DNA of 63,623 nt, counting the filler, from Pelomyxa schiedti (Eukaryota; Protista; Evosea): assembly GCA_020536535.1 (NCBI GenBank). It is 10 parts of 10 records of this genome, joined end to end, with 100 filler letters (N's around TTAATTAATTAA, not from the genome) between each part and the next. Parts side by side here need not be neighbours in the genome. Positions count along the whole stretch, not along the records: positions 46,230 to 51,402 come from JAHLWZ010001517.1; positions 51,503 to 53,404 come from JAHLWZ010002217.1; positions 53,505 to 61,084 come from JAHLWZ010001351.1; 7 more parts are not named here. One strand, given 5' to 3'. The notes under the pieces are model-generated. The model did no database searches and had not been told where the DNA came from. It was given only the letters and a program-made list of their open reading frames with translations. Numbering within the stretch: the first letter of the stretch is position 1; every line of letters starts with the position of its first letter. Shown piece by piece: positions 49,636 through 61,184 of the stretch. Made by a program: the position numbers and the translations under genes.

Positions 49636-51402
49636 ACGTCGGGGCATTTATTACGAACTTTTTATACTGGGAACGACAGAGGGGGTTGAGGGGGGTTGGT
49701 GGTGTTGGTGTCTGCTACGGTGTTGCGTTGGGTTATTTTCGGTTTGCGCGATGCTTTGTTTGTTTTGTTGTTGTGTTTTGTTTGACGGAGGTTTGACGGC
49801 TACTGGTTATACTGGTTTAATTGAAAGTGGGTCTGCGGTTATACTTTTGTTCAAGGTGGGTCATATTGCTGGTATCTCGGGTGGACGATGGCTGCTTTTT
49901 GGATAACGGCCTGGGTGGACAACCCCAGAGCCGAACGGACCTCCACTCGCGCAAGCTCTTGCGGGAGTGTCGAGGTGTGGAAATTGTAGAGTCCGACGAG
50001 GGTTTTTGCTGCTGTCTTAGCAGAGTCCGGCGAGTTGGGGATTACGTTCAGGATCTTGTGAGGGTTCGCGTTTAGCTCGCGCCGGAGGTCGGAGTTATGT
50101 CCGCATCTGTTTAGGATGTGCTTCATCGTTTCCAGAGAGTCACATCCATAGCGGCAAGTTGGGGCCACATCGCAAAGATGGGCCTGCGGTTGTTGAGTGG
50201 TTTCATGTTGGTGGCTACTTGGAGGGCTTGATTGCGGATCGATGGTGGGATCCCGGGGGTGTTGAGGTTCTTGACTAAGTTGAGCCAGTTGGTTTCAGTT
50301 GGTGGAGTGTTCATGGCAGTGTGAAGTTTGTGGTGAAGGGGTTTGGTGGGTCGTTCTTGCATGATACTCCTGTAGATGTCAGTGGGAGTGCTCATGTGGG
50401 CTGGAATATGCTTATTGAGGAGGGCAATCTCCCAAATTGGGCTGGTGCCATCTTTGTTTGTGGGGTTGTGACGATTGGGGTTGCGATAGGCTGAAACTGC
50501 TGTTGCAACGTTCCACCACATCATATCCAGCAAGGGTGTAGACAGCCCCCCTTGCTTTTTGAGGGTGGTGAGGTGCTCCAGGGATGTGCAATTTGAGGGG
50601 GTAATCAATCGGAAGATCTTGGTCATGTATGGTTTCCAGATGTCTGTTGGGGAGAAGACTTCGAATCGGCATTGGTATTGGAGGATGGAGTGGATGTAGA
50701 TATTGGCAGCCAACACTTTACGTTGGAGGCCAATAACCTTCGGAATGATGGCTTGAGCTCTCTTGCAGGCTTTGTTGATTGCTGGTTCAATCTTTTCTTT
50801 AGCGGTGATGTGACCGATGTATACTCCTAGGTACTTGTACTTTGTCACAGTTTGCACCGGCCAGGCTGTCGATGTTTTGTCCTTGGCTAACGGGGGAGAC
50901 GCAGCCAACACTTCCGTCTTGCGGAAGTTCAAGGATGCTCCTGTAGCCCGGCAATAAAGATCAAAGGTTGGAGCTCCTGTGTCGAGGTCCTTGAGGTTCC
51001 TCCAGGCAGTGCAGATATCATCTGCATAAGCTGACACTTTGGGTTTGGCTGGGGAGCATTGTAGGTTCATGAGGAGTGTGTCTATTACCACGTTGAAAAT
51101 TAGAGGGGAGAGTGGACAGCCTTGCCGCACTCCCCTCCTCAGTGGGAAATGGATGCCAGAGGGTAGGTATGCTTCAGTGTCTTGCATAAGGTGCGTAATA
51201 ACGTTAGTCCAAGACTGGGGCATTCCAACATGTCCAAGGATGTGGATTATGGCGTTCCTATCCAAATTGTCATAGGCCTTAGAAAAGTCAGTGAAGAGGA
51301 ATTGGGCTGCTACATTGTGGTTTTTGAGTGTGTAGAAGGCGTTGGCTACTGCTGTGATGTTATCATCAATGAGCCGGCCTTCAAAAAACCCATTCTGGTT
51401 TG
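49636..51402 (-). mobile_element. Non-LTR retrotransposon (L1/Tx1-like LINE): RT domain, C-terminal CCHC finger and 3' UTR; 5' end cut by contig
   Basis: QNGFFEGR, DFSKAYD, GVRQGCPLSP, YADD, YKYLG; CRYGCDSLETMKHILNRC lies in a shifted frame (49851-50168). Confidence 0.92.
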
Positions 51403-51502
51403 NNNNNNNNNNNNNNNNNNNNNNNNNNNNNNNNNNNNNNNNNNNNTTAATTAATTAANNNNNNNNNNNNNNNNNNNNNNNNNNNNNNNNNNNNNNNNNN
51501 NN

Positions 51503-52417
51503 AGTGAACGTGTCACCGTTTGGCCACTCCATTGTTCCCTTCACGGGGACACCCCTTTCCCACACACCAGTGAATGATGACCCATCCCTGGCCCACCTCT
51601 TCGTCCCGTTACCGTGCTCCATGAATTCCACCCAGTTTCCCTGATACCTGTCACCGTTTGACCACAACCTCACACCCTCCCCATGGAACTCCCCGTTCCT
51701 CATCTCACCCACGTAGCTCCCTCCTGGGTCGTTGTGGGGGCTGTTCTCACCAATGAGCATCCTCCCTTTTCCATTTTCAGCACTGCGTCGAAACTCACCA
51801 CACCAGATTGTGCCTGTCCCTACTCTCTTCCACATTCCATGCCCGTGCATCTGATCTTTGTCCCACTCACCCTCATACACAGTCACCATCGCCTCTGTGG
51901 TGGCGCTGGCCTGTGTCACCACCGCGTCACCACCACCACGAGGAGGTTGGGTCGTTGTGGCCTCGATGTATCTCCCATCATCACCCCTGATCATCCTCTT
52001 CCTCCACACTCCCCATCCTTGCCTGTTGTAAGATTGTGTCGAGGCATCCAATACAAACTCGCCCTCATACACGTCCACGCCGTTGGGGAGGTGACACGTC
52101 CCCCTGCACCAGTACCCGCCGCGCCACAGCCCCTCGTACCACGAGCCGGTTGGCCGGTGCTGCACGCCCCACCCGTCTTGGGCGTCGTTCTTCCACTCAC
52201 CGTCGTACGTACCACCGTCTGGCCATGTGAGCACCCCCCGCCCGTTCCTCAGCCCGTCGCTCCAGCCGCCGTCGTAGGTCTTCTGGACCTTGCCCGCTGC
52301 CATGTACGTGAACTTGCCCCTGCCATCTGGCTTGTTGTTTACAATACGTCCAGTGTACACACCACCGGGTTGCACCGCGTTGTCAACAAATTCGATGATG
52401 CCAGGCTCTGTAGACAT
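51503..52417 (-). CDS. MORN-repeat protein, 3' end cut by contig
   Basis: Repeated YxGxWxxxxxxGxG units; paralogous to the MORN part of 21640-25480 (QGWGV, YEGEWD, GGSYVGE, GTKxWAxDG). Confidence 0.85.
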
Positions 52418-52610
52418 CTACAAACTTTTGTTTTTCACCGAGTTGGTTGAAGAACAATCACAGTTTGTTTTTTCATAAAAAAGGTGGTCTTGGCTACCAA
52501 CAACATAACTCACATTTAACTCGAAGGCAATGCCCTCACAAAGAGTAAGTTACTGCTAAAACACATTTGTTTTGTGGTTCAAGATGATGCACTGTGTGCC
52601 TCGATGTATG

Positions 52611-53115
52611 TCACCACTTTGGGGTGCCTTGGGTGCCCAGCTCCTTGAGTGGCATGCTGTACAGAAATTCTGTCAACCCACTGTCTGTAGGCTCAATTTC
52701 AATGTCCACATTGATGTCTCTCACAAATTCCCGGTTGCGCCACTCCGAGTTGTTGACCACACGGAGGGCAAAGTAGTCATGAATGACTGCTGGTGGTTGT
52801 TGTTGTCGTTGTGGCTGTGTTGGTGGTCTCTCAGGAAGTGGTATCTGGTAATACTCAGCCTCGTTGTAAACTGCATCAGGGTTTACACTCGGTGGCACAA
52901 ACAGCTTTCCAGTCCTCATGAAATTCAGGATGGGTGCAAACAAGGCCCCATCCCTGTCAATGAAGAATGCTCCTGTTTCATCCCTTTGGTTTGTGTTTGT
53001 GTTTGTTTTCGATTTAATGGAGAGAGAGAGAAGTGTCAGTGTATTGTGTGAGCATTAAGTGTGCCATTGCATACATTGTGCTCAAGAATTTCCCCGAGAG
53101 TTTGCTTGTGTATTC
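52611..53115 (-). CDS. KCTD-type BTB/POZ (T1) domain protein, apparently missing the first part of the BTB
   Basis: LSGKFLST|DETGAFFIDRDGALFAPILNFMRTG...EAEYYQI; no upstream LNVGG motif found. Confidence 0.65.
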
Positions 53116-53136
53116 TACATGAATGTGGGCATGAGG

Positions 53137-53404
53137 TTACATGAGGATGCAAGGGTTGTTTGAAGGTGAAACTGGGCTTGTTGGTGAGGCCGCTGTAGTG
53201 TGGCTGTGTGTAACTGCCACCAGTTGACACCCAGTTACTGTGTCTTTGATTGTGTGCCTGATGCACTTCCCTTCATTTGACAACAATGGTGCCACAGAGA
53301 TGTAAACTCCGCAATCGCTCATGTCTGCTGAAAAAATTGGATGCGAGTCCACGTGCACGTTGCAGGGTGTGTACAAATCAGAGGTTCTGAACACCTCAGA
53401 GACA
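53137..53404 (-). CDS. 3' fragment of a QFIAL-RCG-type family gene (cut by contig end)
   Basis: EVFRTSDLYTP...IKDTVTGCQLVAV parallels KVLHTGDLAHP...LHDGVTGFHIG. Confidence 0.5.
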
Positions 53405-53504
53405 NNNNNNNNNNNNNNNNNNNNNNNNNNNNNNNNNNNNNNNNNNNNTTAATTAATTAANNNNNNNNNNNNNNNNNNNNNNNNNNNNNNNNNNNNNNNN
53501 NNNN

Positions 53505-54748
53505 GTTGATGGAATGTGGAGGCATACATCGGGATTATCACACACCCAACTGGCAAACCACATTCTCCGAGGTTCTTGGGTAAATTTGGGCTGGTCACAA
53601 AGTGTGTCACTTCTCCACTGAAAGAACTCAAGTTAATTAGTTGCAATACATTTCTTATCAATACCACAGAGGCATTGTGCACAAAGTGTAACATGGAGAG
53701 TGGTGAACCAGTTGCTATCACACTGTGGAGCCTTCCTGAATCCTCTTCAAGTTTCGGCGCTCTGTCACATTCAAAGGAAGTGTTCACTTTCAACTTGATT
53801 CCCAAGTGCTCTTCATCGAGGTTCGTTCAAATTGATTGTTCAATTATATCAGGATAACACAATTTGACAGAGCCCATCTGCATTCGCAAATCGCATTGCT
53901 TGTGAACACTATCCCTGGAATTCCCTCTTTCTCGTCAAATCCGATCTCGTTGTGTGCAAGAGAGCGTCATAAGATCAGCACCAAGCTCATTGCCTCTTCC
54001 ACACAACAACAGCAGCATTCACAAGCCTCTTCAGCACTGGAGAGCACCAGAAAACCAATCCGCCTCCTGAATCCTTTCAATACCGAACTACCGGCAGAAT
54101 ATCTGCATGTGTTGAGCTCATTTGAACCTCCAGGAGGAAAGCCTGTGCGAATCACACAAGGCCGGACCGATCCCGGAACAGTCCTTGGATTCCTCGCATC
54201 TGAACTTACCTTTCTCAACACTGCGTCCAGCCGGCAACCCATTGTGGACAGCAGGTCTGTTCCAAGACGTGTGTATCTCTCCTTTGCATATGGTAATCAC
54301 CAATGACACAGTTGCCGAATCAACAATCGCGGCCATCCCGGAGAGAATCCGCCGACGTAAGAGCAACTACTTTCGTTTTATTTAGTAACTTAGAACACCT
54401 AAATAGGCCCCGCCATTTTTGTGATGATAATAGGAATCAAGGACGAAAATTTCGTCCCTTTACACAACATACTGAGTGAATATCAAGTTCCACTGGATTT
54501 TTCCTTGCAGAGCACAAGACTATCCAGTAAGAAGCCCATCCCACTACCACCCAATAACAATTGCTTTCCCAGATAACTTGTATGTAATGACAATCAGGCA
54601 CAAATCTGTTGAAAATTTCTGCTACAGCAGCTATGCCCTCTCCCAATTTGCACGAGGACACAACCCATTCCACATCGACTTCACGCGACCCAATCCCATA
54701 ATCACGTTCATTGGGTGGGCAAACAACACCTTTGCCCAAACAATGTGA
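53505..54748 (+). CDS. Putative CudA-like transcription factor, paralog 1 (5' end cut), multi-exon
   Basis: LCTKC...KEVFTFNLIPKCSSSRAHLHSQIALLV...SNPISLCAR; ends FIGWANNTFAQTM*. The CudA call is from recalled motif similarity only. Confidence 0.5.
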
Positions 54749-55058
54749 GTCCGGATGGTACTCCCCTCCCATAATCACACCACCTTATATACAGCTCCAC
54801 CACCACAGAATAAATACCCTGTAGTGGCAAATACATATTTCCACCAGAGAACAAAAAGAACTTGATGCATCACTGCACGCACAACGCCTTCATGTGCTGG
54901 ACCAACCATTTGTGCAAGAAACAACTTGAACATACATCACATCACATCAATTTCACTGATTTCAGCATCGTTGAAAGTTCGAGAACGAATTCGTTTCCCA
55001 ATCGACCACAACAAGGAAACAGAAAAGACTCGTAGTAGCAACAGCACCCCTCAACGAA

Positions 55059-56596
55059 ATGTCACACATAGGAGGCGGTGGTTATGTACATAAACATAGA
55101 GCAGGTGGTTGTTTTGAGGGCGGCTCTGTTGATGTTGATGATAACTCTGCTGATGGTCCTGATGACGGCGACACGCAGTCGCCTTCGTCGGCCTCGTCCC
55201 ATAATTGTGATGGGGAAGAGAACGGCGACGTGTTGCTTCGAATTGAGACCGATATATTGTACAAATTCCATTCGTACAAAGTGTGTACTGAAAAACTCCC
55301 AAAAGTCTTTGACTGCCACTGACTCTATGTCATCTTTTGTTTGTTTGTTTTGATGTAGATGAGGCTAAATGTGGATTCACTTTGGAGGCAGTCAATGGGA
55401 ATGTCACCCAGTGATATCTCCAATCACGTACTCAAAGGTAAATGGCTCAAGTACGGGACACTACAAGGTGTGCAGAGTTCAAAATAAATTCGAGATATTA
55501 ATGGGACGAATAGAGGCATTGTGTCAAAAGTGTAATACTGTAAATGGGGCTCCCGTTGAAATTACCCTGTGGAGCTTGCCCGATGTAACAAATAGCTTTG
55601 ATACACTTTCACGTGCGAAGGAAGTTTTCATATTCAATCTGACTACCAAGTGCACTTCTACCAAGTGAAATTCTGGCTCCAATTTCGCTTGACATTGATT
55701 CATTGACAGAGCACACTTGAAGTCAGAGATTGTCCTGGTTGTATCTAGTATACCTGGCGCTTATCCTTTCTCCTCAAACCCTATCACAATCTGTGCGAGA
55801 GATAGGCATAGGCAGAGGCGAAAAACCCCTCCGTCTCCAACACTTCCACTACCGACAATGACTCTGTCGCTTTCCCCACAGCATGCCTCATCAAAAAATA
55901 TCATAAAGCACCCAATGAACCTCGTTCAGAAGATCAACTTAACACCACCAGCTCAGGCGCTGTCGGAGTTCCGATTTCCCACTTTTCATGGAACAGCACT
56001 CAAAATCACACCCAATGGGGGTGATCCCAAAACGGTCATTGGCTTTCTGGCATCCGAGATTCAGTCTCTGAGGCCTACATCAGACAAGCAATCCATAGTG
56101 GACAGCCGGTCAGTTCAAAGGCGTACGTTTCAATTTAGATTCTAATTTTTTCTCATTTTTTTTCAGTTCCGGAATCAACAATTGCCGCCGTACCGGAAGT
56201 ACTCCTTCGACGTAAGTGCAACTCAAAATTTCTGTTGCATGCTCATTTTTAAAAGGTCCTGCAATTATATTCGTGACTATCGTTTCAATCGCAGATGAAA
56301 ACTTCGAAATTCTATATTCGTCAATGAGCAAATTTCAATTTCCTTTGGAGTTTATATTACAGTACGCAAAGATTGCAAGTAAGTTGAACGTGTAAAGCCG
56401 GAAACTTACCGAACTGCAAGATAATTTATATGTCATTACAACCAAGCACCAATCCGTTGAGAGCTTCTGTTATGCCAGCTCTATAATGGGTATTTTTGCC
56501 AAAGGAAACAACCCATTCCATGTGGACCTCACACAACCCAATCCCATATTCAAATTCATTGGGTGGGCAAACAACACCTTTGCCCAGATATTCTAA
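55059..56596 (+). CDS. Putative CudA-like transcription factor, paralog 2, multi-exon
   Basis: LCQKC...KEVFIFNLTTKCTSTK/AHLKSEIVLVV...SNPITICARDRHRQRRK; ends FIGWANNTFAQIF* at the position homologous to paralog 1. Confidence 0.5.
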
Positions 56597-56888
56597 CTCC
56601 AGAAGCCACACAAATGGCACTAACCCTCACTCACAATCTCACCCTATCCATAAATACACACCACATACACCCACGTGGGAACAATTTTGAGTGTTCCCAT
56701 AAGGCCCGCGGAGCCGCTTTTGCGGCATGGGCACATAACGTGCCTAAACACGAAATAAAATGAGTGATGATACCATAATTACTTGTAGTGAAGCCCAATG
56801 CCTTGGGCTAAATGATCCCTCAGTGGTGGACTGACTTTTTGGTTTTGGTGTTTTATTTTGCTTGGGTTTTGGTGAATGTTTTTGTTGG

Positions 56889-59800
56889 TTAGTCTGTCTT
56901 TGCTGTGGTTGGTTCTGTTTGCTGTTGTTGTTGTGTTTCGTCAGTCATTGGGAGTGATGGTGGTGATAGGGTGGTGGTTGTTGTGGTTTCTGGTTGTTTG
57001 TTTTCCTCAGCACCATCATTCCCTTGAGGTTGGGAGGGTGATGTGTTAAGGGCTTCTGCTTGTGGGTGTTGTTCCTGATTGGGTGCTTCTGATTCTGAAA
57101 TGGTGGGTTGTAGTGTGAGTGGGGACAGTGCAGTGGGGTTTTTGGTGTCGGTGGAAGTGAAATTGCAATTGGAATTAGAGGATTCTGGTGGTGAATTGGT
57201 TGCTGGTTGTTGTGGAACTTCCAGTTGCTGGGGAGATAATGTAGGTGGTGATGGAGTGGTTGTGTTTATTGTACTATCTTGGGCAGGTGTTTCAGGGGTA
57301 GTAATAGCGGCGGTGAGGGTGAGTGGCATAATACTTTCTATGACCGCGGTGGGTGAATCTTCCTTTTTTGGAGAAGGTGAAGAAGGCTGGAGTGTGTTGT
57401 AATCGGAAGAGAGTCTCGAGGATGCGAGTTGCGGAGTTGGATTCGGCATTGCGAGGAGGTCCAGTGTCGACAGTTGTTGAAGCGGCGGTGTGCGTGACAG
57501 AGGTGCCGGTCTGTGTACATTCGGTGTGCTGGGGTGTTCGTGTGGTACGAACGGGGAATGTGGTGAATGTATAGGATGTGGCGACTGGGATGACTTGCGG
57601 GAAGTTTGCGGGATGGATGGGGTTTGAGTGATAGGTCCAAGGCTGGGTGAATAAAGAGGTGGGGAAGTTGCTCGTTGATGGTTATGTTGGACCACCAGAA
57701 AGTGGTCAAGCAATGGTTTGAAATTAACTGTGGAGCTTACACCAGATTTTGAACTGTGTAGCTCACTACTGAATCCAGAAAAGGATAATAGGTCGCCTGT
57801 GTGCCTAGAGGATGTGGGCTTTTTCTAAAAAACGAAAAAATCTCACGTACACTTCTGATGCAAGTGTATGGTCAATCGGCCCAGAGTTTAGTGATGCCAT
57901 TTTAGAAGCTGCACTCAGTCGATTTTTTAATAACACAAATGCCGGGCTTTGTGGGAGAAGCATCAGGAGCCCATATAAACATTTAAAGAGCGAGGGGTAT
58001 TGTTGATATGATAGTAGTTGTAGCCGGAGTCCTAATGACATAAAAAAAATGGAGGGACACAGTGCAAATACCAACAAAAATTGGTGATTCTATCAACTGA
58101 ACTAGTTGATCAAGTTCCATAAGTAAATCAACAGTGATTTCGAGATCCGCACTAGTGTAATATTAGGCAATGTTGTATGATTGAGAATTACAAAGAGGCA
58201 ATTAATTCAGCTGCATGGTCATACGCTTGACATAGTAAGCATAGAGACACAAGAGAGACAGGGGAATGCGACCAGCATCTGTACAGTGCGGCAAAGAGCT
58301 GTACAACCTCTTGCGGCGGCGGTGACGGTGGAGGGGTGGAGGATGGTGTTGAGTTCTGAGCAGAATTCAACTCTGGAAGGTGAGTTGGACAAGACCCAGA
58401 AAAGTGGTGCCGAAGAGAGTGCCTCAGGGGAGCAAGCTCCCTTGCCGTTAGAAGGAGAAGGTTGAGCATCTGAACAACTTCCCGAATGAATTGAAAATTC
58501 TAGCCGAGAATGAAAAAAGGGTAGAATCATAAATGTGGTTTTTTACCGACTCTTGTTCCAGAATTCTTGCCAAAAATAAGTACATCAAGTGTGGTTCAAT
58601 AAAATGAGAAAGGAGCTGAAGCATGAAGGATGCTCGCTTTTGCAAGAGTACGGGATCTGACTTGAATAACGTTACAAGAGCCTCCATTAGACGCTGGAGG
58701 TACTCCTGACTTGAGGAAATTCTTCCCATGACAACCAAGGATGCCCGAACAACCTACTCGTAATTTAGGAACCACTCCAAAATGCATAGCATACCTCCTC
58801 ATTCTGATCAGACATGGCTTTCAATAGAGCCGGGAATAATTCAGTAAAGTGTCCTTCAAGCTAAATAGATGAGGAGAGCCTAAACCAGTAAAAAAGGGTT
58901 ACCTGGTGAGGAAATTTATTGTGTAACATTAAAATCCATTCAAGAGCAGTCAGACGTGTTGACTCCTTGTCACCCGCTATGTACTTTAGAATCACTGAAA
59001 CATAACCACTGCATGTTTTAGTACACATTTCCAATTTGTGAAGCAAACCCGATTGGAGGATTAAAAGCTTCCTCAGCAAGCACAATAAGCTTTGCGGAAA
59101 TGGAAAACGCGATTGTCTGGATATCTGGAAAAAAAAGTTAAATCACAAGGGTGCATTCAACTCAACCTTGTGTATGAGGTGTATTCCCATAGATATTGAA
59201 GAATGTGCAACTAAGAAGAGCGGCACTTATTGGAAGCACCTCAACAGGACAATACTCAATAAACGTATGTACCCATCTCAGAGCGGTCAATTTGGCCTGG
59301 GCATCTGGGAAGTTTAATGGCATAAGGAAAGCGTCAATTTCCTACCATCACATGTGGTAAATCTAATTAAAATTTCAATGAGGGTCTGAAAGTTTATATC
59401 TTTCCGTCCTTGCAATTGCCTTGGATAAATTAACTTCTCCCATACCAACTAAATGCATATATACTTGAGAATGTCATTTAAAAGAGCACTAAGTTCAGCA
59501 GTGAAATTCTCATTTGACATTGGGTTGTCCTTTGGGGTAGTCCGCAAGAATTCGAAGAGGCCCTCCAGATACTCTGCTACATATTTCTAACAGGAGTGAA
59601 ACAATAAAAAGTGGAAAGCAGAAGTGTACCACAATATCAATATCGGGGACACTGTTCAAAACGACGAGCCATGATACGAGGAATGCTTGCACATTTGGCC
59701 TGCTACTAACTATGCGCATGTGAAGAAGAGGAATAAACCTGGAGGAATATGGTAGGATATATTATGGAACAGTTAGGATCATTGGGGGCGATACCGTTCT

Positions 59801-60983
59801 AAATTCAAGGTACAGGCTTGAGTAACCGTGTCCTTGGCATATGTATCTAAAATATTTGTGGCTTTGTTGACAGCCTCAGTAGGGTCGTCGACGAGCTAGT
59901 TGGTGTTGAGAGAATTTCCAACATTAAAAAAAAAAAACCAACCACACAACAGGCATCAAATAATTCGTTGAAATAGACTAAAATGCTTTCTTTTGTTGCC
60001 TTAGCAACGTTGTACATTGCCTCCAAAGCGTAGTATCTATTTATGTCAGAGAGTGAAAATAGAAAGCACAAAAAATACCTAATGCGAGGGTCTGGGTCGT
60101 AAAAGCATTTAAATATGGGTGGGAACAAAAAAGTGAGGTAGTCTTTGCCGTTCTTGATAGGTGATCAGCACAAAAGCTGCAATGTAGTACAAACCGGTCC
60201 TAAGGCTATGGCAGCAGAGGCAAGTGCCACCATTCCTCCTTTCTTCGCATTTCCAAACGTTGAGTTGACAAATTCATCAACAAGACACCCCAGAAGGTTG
60301 TCAATATGCTCAGCATTGCCACTTTCTACGAGCTCCTTGACTTTATTTTCAATGTCCAGTGCTCCAAGCCGTCTCTTTTCATATTGCTTATCTGTAGACT
60401 CAATGTCAGACAGGATAAGACCCACAGAAAGAATAAAATTTGACCCAAGAGATTGCGGACAGTTGTAGCAGAGATTCCACAGAGCATAGCAGCATTAGAT
60501 ATCTGTGCCTGCTGCTGTGGAGTTAGTGGTGCCCCTCCACCCAATGTACCTGTGAAAGTCACATGAATAAAAGAGGGGGAAAAAAAAAAAGCACAAACTA
60601 GCAGCTAAGCTAGGCCTCCTTGGCTCTACCATTGTGGCGCTAGGGTCCATGGACGTGATGGACAAAAACCCCCCAACACCAACACCCCCACTGCTAGTAG
60701 TACTAGTGCTAGTTGATGATGCTGATGCTGACTGTGTGGCACCCCCTGCTGATGACGTCGACGATGACGTGGCTGCAGTGGATGACGTCATCCGTGGCGA
60801 TGGCGTGGCTGAGGGCGCAGTGCTGCTACTGGTGCCCCCCCCGTGTCCCTTGTGTGCATCTCTGTCGCCCATCCCACCAAGTTCACTGGCTTTTTTGATG
60901 AAGGAATACTCCTCTTCCAATGCTCCTGCCGATCGAGTTCGAATGAAAGCTGGTGCTCCTCCTTGCAAGGAGCTTCTCCACAA
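56889..60983 (-). CDS. VAC14: VAC14 (PIKfyve/Fab1 complex scaffold), multi-exon
   Basis: DKQYEKRRLGALDIE, NAKKGGMVALASAAIALG, RIRYYALEAMYNVAK, FLVSWLVVLNSVPDID, WCHSPV, LYGLLMLLPQSPAFVLLKNRL. Start approximate. Confidence 0.92.
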
Positions 60984-61184
60984 CGGGGGGTCCCGGGACC
61001 AGGTGATGTTTCCTCAAGTACTGTGAAGTTCTTTTTTGTAACAGCCTTATCCACTTGCCGAAACTGGCAGTTTTCGCGAATTTCNNNNNNNNNNNNNNNN
61101 NNNNNNNNNNNNNNNNNNNNNNNNNNNNTTAATTAATTAANNNNNNNNNNNNNNNNNNNNNNNNNNNNNNNNNNNNNNNNNNNN

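Noticed and set aside
49851-51402. RT as part of a diversity-generating retroelement acting on the expanded family
   Set aside because: The RT has LINE motifs and a CCHC finger, lies on a different contig, and no adenine-specific template/variable repeat pair was seen.
54749-55035. Extra terminal exon for CudA-like paralog 1
   Set aside because: Both paralogs stop two codons after FAQ, and the downstream similarity contains indels, as expected for UTR.
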